Assembly: GCF_006345805.1 (NCBI RefSeq)
Contig: NW_021833248.1
Coordinates: 1 to 64,000, forward strand
Direction of reading: 5' to 3'
Length of the DNA stretch: 64,000 nt
Source: Octopus sinensis
Lineage: Eukaryota
Each line of letters begins with the position of its first letter. Within the stretch, counting starts at the first letter, position 1. Shown piece after piece: positions 24,048-36,735 of this stretch. Below the pieces are notes generated by a model. The model worked only from the letters and a program-made list of their open reading frames with translations, searched no databases and was not told the origin of the DNA. The position numbers and the translations under genes are program-made.

Positions 24048-25879
24048 TTGGATACAACTCACCCAACAAGAACTCACTACTTGAACAAAACTGGATACAA
24101 CTCACCCAACAAGAACTCACTACTTGAACAAAACTTGACTTAAACAGGATTCGAATAATCCTATCAGGTGGTGCTATTAAGTTAGACATAGCCTGGACCA
24201 ATCTCTGGTCGAAACATATCTAAGTTTTATCTAAGTTTTATATATATATATATATATATATATTCATATTTATATATATATGAAAAACATGAAGACATAG
24301 AAGACGTTGAAATATTTCTTTACTTTTCCTGAATTTTTCTTGCCACTAGGATCGAGGAATGGATTTCAGTATCTAGTTTACTGGTGCAAATAACAAGAAA
24401 TCAATTTAAGTTAACTTATGCGATAGGATAAGATTCATCGTAATTATTTCTAAGTTAGACCCCCATTCCTGTAATTTGAAGCGGATAGCTTGTAGTTGAT
24501 TACATTGAATACGGAGGAATACAAGGTAAAGTTGACCTCGGAGTGATATAAGTTCAAATTGTAAAAAGCCAGAAAATATACTCCGAATCATTTCCAAAGC
24601 TGTAACATATCTATCAATCGAACAAATTTGTAGTGGAAGTCATATTAAGACGTGAATATGTGTGAAGTTCCATCTCGTAGTGACCGTGAAATTAACAAAT
24701 AATATTCCACTATATTATTATTCATAGTCTACTTTATGATGTTCCCTAACTCTTCTAGTAACAGTTAATGTCATAGCTCAGTATTTTAAGAAACTATTGA
24801 AAGAGAAACAAAGAATAACTAGAGATGCAATTATAACAGTAAATGCTCGTTGTTGTTGTTGTTTTATAACATTGCAATTTCACAGTATTAACATCCATAC
24901 TTATAATTCACATAAATCATATAATTGGGAAATAGCATGAGCACCTGAATTTCCCATTCTCTGGTCCTTCTGTATGTGATCGTGCACTTTAAGTTTGACA
25001 ATACAATGCAACTCCAGACATCTGTGTTGTTTGACTGGCTAGAAATAGCAGTTAAATCACTTTTACATCACACCAACCGCCACAAGAAATGTACGTCACA
25101 TAGGGCCACGTCTACATAGTGATGTACAAAAAGAAACGTCGTGGAGATACCTGCAATATTAAGTCATCTCATTGTCTAGGACAACTCCAAGGCTAGACAA
25201 CTGTTGCTGCTGCAGCACCTCATCCACTTCCACTTCATCCCCTCCAGCACCTCCCCCCTCCTCCTCCTCCTCCTAATACTACTACTACTACCACCACCAC
25301 CACCACCACTACTACTACTACTATACTACTACTACTAATATTACCACCACATTAATAAATTTCTAAAGCTATACTTTGCATTCAGCTTGAAAAGCACATA
25401 CTTATATCATAAGAAGTATGTGATTATCTGTCATATTAATTTTAACTATTAATTTTAACTATTAATTCATATTAATTTTAACTATTGACACACATTGCTG
25501 ACTTCCCTAGAAGACAAAGTTACTAATTTTGTAAGAAAGATTTAAGAATAGGTACAACTTAGTTAAAGAGATAACTCTGTTATTGTTAAACGTTATGAAT
25601 ATAAATGATACAGAAAATTTGCTGTACATAAGCAAATATGTAAATGCAAAATCTTTATTATTTTCTTTTATAAAGTAAATCTATTCCATTTCCTACTTTT
25701 CTACATAATTGTCTTGTTTATTTACAATGCGAAAATCGTACTCGACTAAAATACATTAGACAAATTTACTGTTATTCATGTAAATCTTGCATAAATAATA
25801 GCACTGCCTATTTCAGTAATCAAATAGTTTTCGAGTCTCTAGAAGCAGGATTTTAGATTAAATTTGTCAACTATTTATG

Positions 25880-26440
25880 TGTCCTCTTTTCAAGAGAAGC
25901 GTCATATATTGGTGAACAATCAACAGCGTTGGGAAGCATAAAGATAAAAGTTGTAGTTGAGAAAACTTTAGCTAACATATAGGAATGGAAGCCATCTGAA
26001 TGTTGGTAAGGATTTACCTGTATCATGGTCAATAGCAGCGAGTATTCAAACGCCGACATCATGATTTCGGTTCAAAGAGTGATTTGTGAGAAATGTAGAG
26101 GCTGTAAGATGTGATATGTACATCATGGAAACAAAGTTACCCCAAAGTTGCTGGAATGATTCGTCTCCTTGCTCTATCTCAAGTGGTTGTCGTAAAATAT
26201 TTACGAATTCACCAGCCCTAATTTCTGGGATCCTAATTTCCCCAATTTTAATTCAACGGGTTACTATGTGTTGGGTGCAGTTGAGAAAGTCATCAAGTGC
26301 GCTGCCTGCAACGCTAAGGCCGAGGTGTTCGAAGAGTTACCTTTGTACACATTGAGAAATGCATGTACCAAGTTTCGGACCTGTCTTGAGGCCGTGTTGG
26401 AAATTGAGGCCGCTACCTTGAGTAAAGAATTATTTTCTAA
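25880..26440 (+). mobile_element. Decayed Tc1/mariner-superfamily transposase remnant (maT-like)
   Basis: NFWDPNFPNFNSTGYYVLGAVEK (a decayed WPPNSPDLNP.DYYVW) and NACTKFRTCLEAVLEIE. Confidence 0.6.
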
Positions 26441-27437
26441 CCACAATCTCGTTAATATCTAAAAACAAAAATATATATTTTATTTTTGGATGGAATATTG
26501 TATTTTCTTGATATTTTATGCAAACTATCTAATTTAACCCGAACACAGCTCAAAGAAGTGGGGGAGCAATATTTCAATTACGTCGACTCTAATAGAATAC
26601 TTGTTATTTCATCGATACTAAAGAGAAGGAAAACCAAAGTTCAATCTGAGTTCAAATAACACCCTGTCGGCAAAATCTGAACTCCGGATATGAAAAGTTG
26701 TGGATTTGTTCTTCATCCGTCTTTTTCTACTTTAATTTTGCAAATTACCATATTTTCTGTACATTAGTTATGATAAATTTATCAAAATTTTGTTTTTGTA
26801 TAACTGCACTTCAATGACTGAATCCAATATACGTGAATGTTGGGTTTCTTAGTTTTATTTTAGAGTGTTACGTTTATATCTGTATGAGAAGCGTGGAAAT
26901 GTGTTTCTGAAAGCCTAAACTACATTGTGGGCATAATTCTAAACAACCGAGCCTATTAAAAACACTTTTTTTCAATCCAAGTTACATTAAATTTGGTTAA
27001 ATCCGACAGTCCAATATATTCTCATATGTTAGGTACGTCTATAGGAACGTATGTTTGTATGTAAAAATATAGTTTTAAAACACAAATGGGGAATTCATTA
27101 CATTCTGATGCGTTTAAAAATGTTAAGTCATTTCTCTCCTACCTGCAAAACACGGGACACACCACCGGATTATATGCAGATTTTGAGCTGTATCAGAGTG
27201 GGTGAAAATAACTGCACTGAGTGATCATTTGACTGGTCCTAACTACATAATATAGTCCAGAATGCATTGTGCAAGCACAAATAAGGCGGAATATCATGAT
27301 TGATCATGGTTACGCTTGGGCTTAACAACAACAATAACAAGAATATCAATAAGATTCTATAATGGTAAAATATACATCGAATAATAAAATGTATTTGCAT
27401 GCCGATTCTTGATCTGTGATTTACGTTTGTTTTTCAG

Positions 27438-27676
27438 AAAAGTGGCCAAACGAACACTTCTATTTTGGATTGTGTAAAGACATGAAGAAAGCCGTCTTTC
27501 TATGGCAGAATGGAGAAGCACCTACTTATGATTTCTGGATGGTGGGTAGGCCTGACAATCATGGTGGCATTCAGCACTGTGGACTTTTAGACCACAGAAG
27601 TAATCACAGATGGAATGATGAAGGTTGCAACGAGCAGGGCTGTGAGAGATATATATGCGAGATAGTCATGCGATAA
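27438..27676 (+). CDS. C-type lectin domain C-terminal (last coding) exon
   Basis: Acceptor TTTGTTTTTCAG, phase 1. FYFGL..FLWQNG..YDFWMVGRPDN..QHCG..WNDEGC..YICE then stop. It has the WND motif and RPD in place of EPN/QPD. AATAAA at 28042. Confidence 0.88.
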
Positions 27677-27722
27677 ATGTGTAACTGGAAGAACTGTAAT
27701 TACACAAGCACAAACAAACAAA

Positions 27723-27765
<43 letters not shown>

Positions 27766-29190
27766 GCACACACACGCACACACACACACACACACACGCA
27801 CGCTCACACATGCACAACCATGCATACATACAGAATCACACTATTTATGTAAGTATATATATATTTGTGTACGTATACATATATACCTATATATATGTAT
27901 AAGTATGCATATATTCATATACATACATACATCCATACACACACACAAACACGCGCATGTTAATGGGCAATATATGGATTTATATAATCCGGTGGTAATC
28001 ACACAAAAAACTGCTGTAGTGGAACGAACTACAAACCACATAATAAACCAATGCCTATGAGGGTATTGTAGAATCCTATGCATTTAGAATTCAGTTAATC
28101 CAATCAGTGAAGATAATTTCAGGAGAAATATATAGAATACTAGCAGAGATACCCGGCGTTGCCCGTGTTACATGCTATTGAAGAATTAGACTTTTCATAT
28201 TTTTATATGATTCCAATTTCATCAAAATTGGAGATTAAGAATTTTAATTAGAGTTCTTTCCTTCTTTACGCACATTAACAAACATTATAATTATGACTAT
28301 TTATCCGATACTACTCATCTTTATGCCCAAATCCCAAAATCCAAACCTTATAAAAGCTATTCAAAGGTTTTTGCTCCTGAAAAAAAAAAGGGTACATGGA
28401 GCTCTAAAATGTGGGAGTTAAGGCCCCTATTAGGGGGTCATCAAGTCAAGTAGAGAAGTTGACTTGTTGGGAATCTTTTTTAACTTGTGTCTTATATCTA
28501 TTGTTTAAATTTCTTTGAACTCGGAAATATATGAATGTTTACTGGGTTTGTAAAAGAGAGCAAAGCTACAGGAAACCAAGAGACGAATGATCACAATAAT
28601 CAGTCAGCTAGAAATTAGAAGGGCGTGACCCAACTGAAATAAAGATTAACAACTGTGTGACGTATGGGCTAAGGGGAAATGAAAGTGTCACCTCTGGGGT
28701 TTGCCAATAATCGCTATACCGATAGCTAACTGAACAGAATAAATTTGCAATCTATAAATCTATTTGAATGGCCAGTCACTTATCTGGAAAGGCCTTGAAA
28801 TCAATGTTATCATCTGGGGACGATCTCAAAGAAGGTCTGCAACCAAATCACTTTACGCAAAATAACACTTTGCAACTGAACCAGTGTAGGCTAACATGCC
28901 TCTCCTTAGTTGACTATTTATGAACCACTTTTCAGAAATCACAATCTAAGTATGTCTCAAAGCAAACTCTGACACTGTTGTACCATTGAATAACAAATAA
29001 CGCTCATCTTGTATGGTCGGGTGACTCTACAGCTTCCATGACTACTACTGTATTCGTCTTGGCCTGGGAAAACTGACTAAATTGTGGGGGTTAGTCCCCT
29101 AGTAAGGGGTTTTACTAACTGCTATGAAGTTAAAATTTTAGGAATATTACTTCATTTATGTCTAATATCTATGGTAAAAATTACATGTAT

Positions 29191-29241
<51 letters not shown>

Positions 29242-29512
29242 TATATTATATTATATATATATATATATATGCACATATACATACATGTATGTGTGTGTGC
29301 ATATAAATATCATTTTATCACTATGATAGATAGCTAGCCAATACACATTATTTTCTCTCCTTGTTTCTTTCTGTGTTGCTTTCTGTCGCAGAGCATAGGC
29401 TCGAAACGTTAAAGACCTTTTCACTTCTCCAGCGTTAAACTAATACATATGTCTGTTGACTACAACACTTGTTTTCGCCTTTTGTTTTTTGCGAATTCTC
29501 TCCCTATATATG

Positions 29513-29590
<78 letters not shown>

Positions 29591-29949
29591 TATTACAAAT
29601 TTGGGATTTTACCAACAGGATCACAACTTCAATTCCAGGACAACCTTATTTTCTGGAGTACACAGAAAGTTATATCCCAAATACTAATCTAATAATATAA
29701 TCATTTTAAAACCTACTATATCGTACGATAAAATAAATGACATCAGAATTAATGAAAAATTATTTCAAAAAATATATATATATGTATATATATACCTTAC
29801 CCGTTATTAGTCTGTGGGGACAGAAGATAATATTAAACAACGCTACACGTGTTTCTGCGCTGGTGGTTTGTTGGATCCTACTTAACCATACAAATTCAAA
29901 GATTTTTTCATTAAAGATGTTTTCATTAAAGACAAGAATATATATATAT

Positions 29950-29991
<42 letters not shown>

Positions 29992-30679
29992 ACTTCCTAA
30001 TATAATTTTACAAAACTTAAAGATTTTAAATATTAAATAAATTAAAAATTCATAAGAATTTAATAAAATTAAACACCTAAAAATATAATAACGATATATA
30101 TATATATAGAAATGACTAAACATAAAGAAACCTTCATTGACTATTTTATAACCTCGTCAAATTAAACCACCCATCTATATAAACTTTGATAATTTTTTGT
30201 GAAATTTACCCCTATCAATACTAGTATATATTACCATTATTACAGTAAAAAACAGGAAAAAACAGGGAAAAACCTCTATATATGTTATAAATGTATTGAA
30301 TAAATCTAGTAAATGAAAATATCTACCGCAATTAATAAAGGAAGAATATTTATCTGCATGTTTACTTCTTCTTTAACCTGTGCAAATAGTTGAACCTTCT
30401 GTTCTGTGCTAAGTATTATGAGAATAAAAACACTACTCTAAAAACAAAAAATTCTTTAAGTCTAATATCATTTGAAAGGTTAAATTCAAGGGGAGATAAT
30501 TATAAGATACTCTTTAGGTATATTTGGATTTTTCTCGTGTTAAAGATTTAGAGATTTATTTTATTTAATATGTGGCCAGTATAATCCTTTTTAAAGTAAT
30601 ATTCTTTACATTTATTCTTGCTTTTTGGTATATCCGTATCTAATACTATTATATTGTTCTATTAAAACTACTTTTAACC

Positions 30680-30732
<53 letters not shown>

Positions 30733-31225
30733 TGTATGTATGTATATATTAGCAGTTAAGCCTGGTTTCACCCGGTCTGTTTGGATGATATGGCTGAGAT
30801 CGTTCGGTTAGGCATAATCTGTAACACCGTTTCTCAACCTTATCATTTCGGGTTCCCTGTTCGATTGGAGCTTCCAGCTGTATGGAAATTCATCTCCCCC
30901 ACTCCTGCTTCAGGAGTTGTGAAGGAAGAATTTGTACGTAGTTTGTTTCTGAGAGCTATTGTATTGAATCTCTGTCTAATTATTAAAACATTTATTTAAT
31001 TATGAACATAGAAAGAAATTATACATTAATCCCTATTTTTGTAAGTAGTTGTATCCGTAAAAATATTTTTGCAAAGAGCAGAAATTGAAAGAAGATATGT
31101 GAAATGGACGTGTGTGTGTGTGTGAGAGAGAGTGTGTGTGTATGTGTGTGTTTGTGTGTATGCGTGCGTTCGCCTGTGTATGTGAGAGAGAAAGAGAGAT
31201 AGAGTGAGTGAGTGAAGGTGTGTCT

Positions 31226-31840
31226 CACTAAGTTATGTTGGTTGGCGCGGCGACTACGAAACTTTTGAGGCGGCAGATGAATGGTGTGATTTGAAAGATG
31301 TGAAGAAATGCCGTCTTTTCAGTGGAGCGCTTCTTTGTAGGCAACGTTTCTCGTTTTCCCTTCTGATGCACAAATGTATAGACTTTGTGGCCTGCCAACA
31401 CGGGAGCATCCAACGTAAAGTTGACCGTGAGAGGAAACTTGCTCTGTGAGATTTAAACCAACCATTTGCAATGATTGAACCTGTGCCTTATTTATTGTCA
31501 TTGCAAAGGAGAGTTTGATAGGAAATTGAAGCTGCTTAAACTTGTAGATCGTACCGGAGGGAGTGAGGGATATTGGAAGTATAAGAACAGCTTGACCAGC
31601 GCCTCAATGAGAAGATTCCCCATGGCTGAGCCACGACTAACATTGCAAGTTGGACTTTCCTGTTTGGTCAGGTCTAGTGGTGATTTGAAGGCTGAGTGTG
31701 CCGTACGACCGCCATGCAGTAGAGTTGCCGCAATGCCGCTGGATGCAACCCCTATGGCAATCCGATTATCCTGGCGAATTTTGGCTAGCAGGAGGTTCAT
31801 GAGAAAAGTTTTTCCGGTTCTGTCGGGAGCATCCAATAAA
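31226..31840 (-). mobile_element. Internally deleted Helitron PIF1-helicase 3' fragment
   Basis: DAPDRTGKTFL..ASSGIAATLLHGGRTAHSAF is joined to FAMTINKAQ..SHGQLYVGCSRV..KTRNVAYKEAL. Confidence 0.85.
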
Positions 31841-32106
31841 GCAGAAATTGAAAGAAGATATATGAAATGGATGTGTGTGTGTGTATGTGTGTGCTTTTCC
31901 GGCTAATTCGACGGAATTTTGCAGTCAGCAGGAGGTGGTTTGAGTTTATCTCTCGAGTCGAAGTGTTGTTAATTTGTCTGTTATAGCAATGCCCAGACAA
32001 GTGAAAATGTCTTCGTTTTTTACTCCATCGCCTGCAGTAAAAGGAGTCAAGAGCCCTTCTCCGTAAAAAAATTTTACATTTGTAATATAGGACTGGGTGG
32101 AAAGGA

Positions 32107-32189
<83 letters not shown>

Positions 32190-32505
32190 CAGTGCGTGTG
32201 TGTGTGCTTGATGGGGTGTACGATATGGCCGAGAGAGTTAACTGAAATTTTGTCATTCACTTGTAGTGAGTGAATGTGTGAGAAAAGGAAAGAGAGTTTG
32301 TGTATGTTAGCGGGGAAATTCCATTAGAACATGTTTTAATCGATTTTCTTAGTAACTGTGGGGGCTAGAAAAGAAAATACAAAATGCATTCCAATCTATG
32401 TATCCGTCTTCACATGTGTGCCATTTTTCACACGAATCCACACTACCGTTTGGCTTTGAACCTCAAGACAAGAAAGAATACAACGCTCGGCCATGTGCAA
32501 TTTAT

Positions 32506-32793
<288 letters not shown>

Positions 32794-32859
32794 TACAGAA
32801 AGGTAGATTGATAGATGCAATTGATTGTGCAAATGAAAATATAAGACACTGCTTTGAAG

Positions 32860-33199
32860 AATTTTTTTGTCGAACGGATCGACCTCAGGGCTATTATATA
32901 TTTTGATAAGCCTAGTAATTATTCTATCAGTCACTTCTTGTCAAACCAGTAAGTTACGGAGATGTAAATATACCAAAATCAGTTGTCAAGCAGTGATGAA
33001 GAAGAAACACAGACACAAAGACACACATACACTTAGATATATGCATATATATATACGATGGATTTCTTTCAGTTTCTGTTTACCAAATCCGCTCAGAAGA
33101 CTTTGTTTGATCTGAGGCCTTAGCAGAAGACACATAACAAGTTACCACACAGTGGGACTGCTTTGGAACCAAGTTTCTTACCACTCAGCCACACCTGCA

Positions 33200-33200
<1 letters not shown>
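32860..33200 (-). mobile_element. tRNA-derived SINE, family 2
   Basis: Reverse complement of the 7357-type head plus body (..TAAGCCTAGTAATTATTCTATC..TAAGTTACGG..). Confidence 0.75.
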
Positions 33201-33251
<51 letters not shown>

Positions 33252-33414
33252 CATGCTTTAAATAAAAGCAGCAGAAATATAACAAAAGCTGTTACTTAGA
33301 GTTTCACATTCCCGTTCGTAAAATGGAACAGAAATAACGATAAAGCATATTACTCTATCTCTGGTATTTGAGTACTCTTTTTTCCACCTTGTTTCGTATT
33401 TATGTGCGTACTCC

Positions 33415-33464
<50 letters not shown>

Positions 33465-33529
33465 ATATATATATAATATATATATATATATTATATATAT
33501 ATATAGATATATATATATATATATATATA

Positions 33530-33630
33530 TAGGAATGGTTGTGTGGTAAGTAAGTTTCTTACTAACCAGATAGTTCTGGGTTCAGTCCCATTGCATGGCA
33601 CCTTCGGCAAATGTCCTCTACTATAACCTC
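33530..33630 (+). mobile_element. SINE family 2 head, duplicated at 33999-34099
   Basis: GGAATGGTTGTGTGGTAAGTAAG..GGTTCAGTCCC..CTCTACTATAACCTCT occurs twice. Confidence 0.75.
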
Positions 33631-33998
33631 TATATGTATGTATGTATGTATACATATACATATGTAACATGTGCACACACACATATATATATATACACAT
33701 ATATACATTCATATGAATATTTATACATATACACATATTAATACCTTAATATATATAAGGTGGAAAAAAGAGTACTCAAATACCAGAGATAGAGTAATAT
33801 GCTTTATCGTTATTTCTGTTCCATTTTACGAACGGGAACGTGAAACTCTAAGTAACAGCTTTTGTTATATTTCTGCTGCTTTTATTTAAAGCATGTTCAT
33901 ATATAAAATTATATAGAACAAAATTAAATATACGATAAAACATTTACTTATAATTAAGTAAAGTACAAAATAATAAATAAATAGTATATATATATATA

Positions 33999-34210
33999 TA
34001 GGAATGGTTGTGTGGTAAGTAAGTTTCTTACTAACCAGATAGTTCTGGTTCAGTCCCATTGCATGGCACCTTGGTCAGATGTCCTCTACTATAACCTCTG
34101 GCCGCCCAAAAGAGACCGATAGAATAAGTACAGCGTTTACAAAGAATAAGCCTTGGGGTCGATTAAATTGGTTGTCCAATATGACCGCAGACAAATAAAT
34201 GAAACAAGTT
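33999..34210 (+). mobile_element. SINE family 2 copy
   Basis: Head as above, followed by the body GACCGATAGAATAAGTAC..GGGGTCGATT. Confidence 0.7.
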
Positions 34211-34451
34211 AATAAATAAAGGAATGTATATATATATATATACATATGTATATTTGAGTAGAAAAATGAAATATCTTTTTATGGATAATTCGTTTAACCG
34301 ATACCTGGGTAGAAAATTCACATCAGAAATAACACGGTTGAAGTTACGTGCCTAGGGCAGAGACTACGTGTTTTCGTGTGGAAATTTGTGTCTATTTTTA
34401 TAAAATTTATGAATAAATGAAAGAATGGAGTTGAACGACAAATTAACAAAT

Positions 34452-34550
34452 TTCCTTTATTTTCGACATATGTTTCGAAGGCTGCATATTCCTAATTGTG
34501 AAGGAATAAGGAGTACATTATGCCGCTTTCTCATCAGGAAAAACAAGGAA
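34452..34550 (-). ncRNA. Type I hammerhead ribozyme motif, mirror copy
   Basis: Reverse complement of the plus-strand motif: TCATCAG 34531-37, TTTC 34473-76, GAC 34465-67. Confidence 0.8.
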
Positions 34551-34626
34551 TTTATGTCAACATCAAGATTCCCAAAAACTTTTAGATGACTGCTGTCACG
34601 GAGCAGAATCTTGATGTTGACATAAA

Positions 34627-34725
34627 TTCCTTGTTTTTCCTGATGAGAAAGCGGCATAGTGTACTCCTTATTCCTTCACAATTAGGAATATGCAGCCTTC
34701 GAAACATATGTCGAAAATAAAGGAA
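34627..34725 (+). ncRNA. Type I hammerhead ribozyme motif (GUC site after 34712)
   Basis: Stem I TTCCTTGTTTTTC/GAAAATAAAGGAA (11 of 13 pairs), CTGATGA 34640-46, stem II GAAAGCGGCATA/TATGCAGCCTTC (10 of 12 pairs), GAAA 34701-04, palindromic stem III CATATG, then GTC. Confidence 0.8.
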
Positions 34726-34774
34726 ATTTGTTAATTTGTCGTTCAACTCCATTCTTTCATTTATTCATAAATTT

Positions 34775-34816
<42 letters not shown>

Positions 34817-34854
34817 ATATATATATACTTTATTTAAAGCAGCAGAAAATTCAA

Positions 34855-34904
34855 CAATATCTGTTACTCTGAGTTTCTCGTTGCCGTTCATCAGACAGTT
34901 TTTG
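34855..34904 (-). ncRNA. Minimal hammerhead motif in a Penelope 3' terminal repeat (GUA site)
   Basis: CAAAAACTGT-CTGATGA-ACGGCAACGA-GAAA-CTCAGAG-TA-ACAGATATTG. Core intact, with an A-A mismatch at the base of stem II. Confidence 0.65.
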
Positions 34905-36064
34905 CTAGAATGGAACTGATATATCAATTCAATCCAGACTCTTACAAACGCTACACCTTTAAAAAAAATGGACTTGTTTGATTGGCCCTTTAGAAATAAC
35001 GGTCAATCTTCGAGCGATAAACAAAAAAATGAGCTCAAAAATATATGTATATATATATAAAAAAATTTTAAAAATTATAAAAATTATATAATTCGAGGAA
35101 AAAACCTTACATTGAATAAAATACATATTGACGTTAATGAAGGAAATATAATTAATGCATGGAAATTAAAAGCATTATAAATATTACACTGCAATACATA
35201 TTCATATTAAAGTGTACATATATATATCAACATACACAGAAGGATGCGTGCAAACGCCATACATATACAGACGTATAAATATAAATCTAAAATATACACA
35301 CCAATGCATGCATACATATATGTACGCAATCTGTCTCGCACGCAAGTTAAAATCATCGATGCTAATGTAGCGTTTCTTATTTACGGAGTAAAGCTTAAGT
35401 AAGGGGGACGCAAAGTTGTATGTACCAGTATCAGTTAGAGAAAAAAAAACGAAAGAAAGGAAGAGAGAGAAAAAGGAACGAAGAAGGGGGAAGGAAAAAA
35501 GAAAAAGGAGGGGTGGGGTAAAAACGAAATAAGAAAAATTAAGTATACAAGCTGTGTAACCGCGTTATTGACATATATAGAGACAAGTATAAAAATACAC
35601 AAGTTCGAATGGATACATACACATACACTCGCGTATGTGTGTGCTTAAGCACAAACATACGCTCACTTACACAGACACAGAGACGTATGCTTACAAATAC
35701 ATATCCATGGCTATACACATATTTACATCAAAATTCTAAGTTTTGACAACATTGCTTTTTAAAAAAGGTGAGTGCAATAATGAAAAATATACGAAAGACA
35801 TATAAAAATATAACACCCTATGTTGGATCATCTATAAATTAAAAATCAAGGTAATCCTATACAATACAATAACATGAAATAATCAAAGCCGAAGGTTTTT
35901 CCTAATGTATATGTAGAAATATAAACAAAATAAACAAAATATATGCATGAGACTTTGCTATACGGAATGAAATCTGCATAGCGCGTAACAAATCCATCGT
36001 CGCGTTTACATACTAGTCCAAGAGTCAAAATCAATATTTCAAAAATCAAAAATACAAAATATAT

Positions 36065-36735
36065 ACTCTATCTATATGGTATATTATATTTGACATTTTA
36101 AATTTGGTTGCGTGCCTACATAAGTTCATTAGCTCACTTCTTTGATTCAAAGAATTATTGTCTTTGAATAAAATATACAGTTTCTCTAATAGGCAAAGCT
36201 TGCATTAAAAATTATTTCTGTGTGCTCCATGCCTGTATGGTGCCGCTCTATCCAGAATGCTCCATGTCACGTTGAAAGGTGGGGTTTCCTTTCCTTTTAG
36301 TTCCCAGACATATTTTGCTAGGCTGGTCCTCTTCCTATTCTCTGGGTATCTAAATGAATTTTTATGTGAATAAAATCGTGTTTTAAATGAATTTTCTGAA
36401 GCCCCTGTATATGTCTTGTATTCCGATGAGCCTTCTATTTGCACCTTGGCTCTATAAACTACTCCTTTAACTAGACATTTCCCTTCTAACGGACACGAGT
36501 TTTCGTTTTTGAAATTGCATTTCTTAATGGGCTCGGCACCATGTCTAATCTCAATCAGATTCCTAGTATGCTGGCTAATGTAAGAGGCGAAATTTCTGCA
36601 ACAAGAATAGCTAACCTTCAGGGTTCTTCTATTAAATATCCTATAGAATTTATGGCCCTGCTTAAAATGCTTAGAGACTAATCTCAAAAATGCCTTACCT
36701 ATATTAGTCTTTACGGCCAAATTGAAAGCCCATTC
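36065..36735 (-). pseudogene. Penelope ORF C-terminus with GIY-YIG endonuclease (one frameshift near 36205)
   Basis: KTNIGKAFL..KVSYSC..CPLEGKCL..GVVYRA..TYTGASENSFKTRFYSHK, then CKLCLLEK..LNQRSELMNLCRH. Confidence 0.88.

Larger units (their letters stand above)
19893..24239 (+). mobile_element. Full-length two-ORF APE-RT LINE (CR1/L2/Jockey-group-like), near intact
   Basis: ORF1 19917-21191 and an overlapping ORF2 from 21131 with three single-base frameshifts. The 3' end is ATCTAAGTTTT x2, embedded in TA-rich microsatellite. Confidence 0.9.
34397..34780. repeat. Near-perfect inverted repeat with 175-bp arms and a 34-bp spacer
   Basis: 34397-34571 is the reverse complement of 34606-34780, with one mismatch seen (CATTATG versus CATAGTG). 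Confidence 0.95.

Noticed and set aside
24190-24225. Hairpin followed by GAAACATATC
   Set aside because: There is no CUGANGA upstream. It is better explained as the LINE 3' recognition stem-loop.
28500-29000. Possible decayed Penelope GIY-YIG upstream of the 29.4 kb motif
   Set aside because: Too degraded to support by eye. It needs a profile search.
29449-30123. ORFs rich in IY, TH, VC, poly-L or poly-Y here and throughout the window
   Set aside because: They are translations of microsatellites or antisense frames of LINE ORFs.
32867-32950. Signal-peptide-like ORF (LLYILISLVIILSVTSCQT) ending at a perfect phase-1 GTAAGT
   Set aside because: It lies inside a reverse-oriented SINE body and has no in-frame ATG (TGA at 32855).
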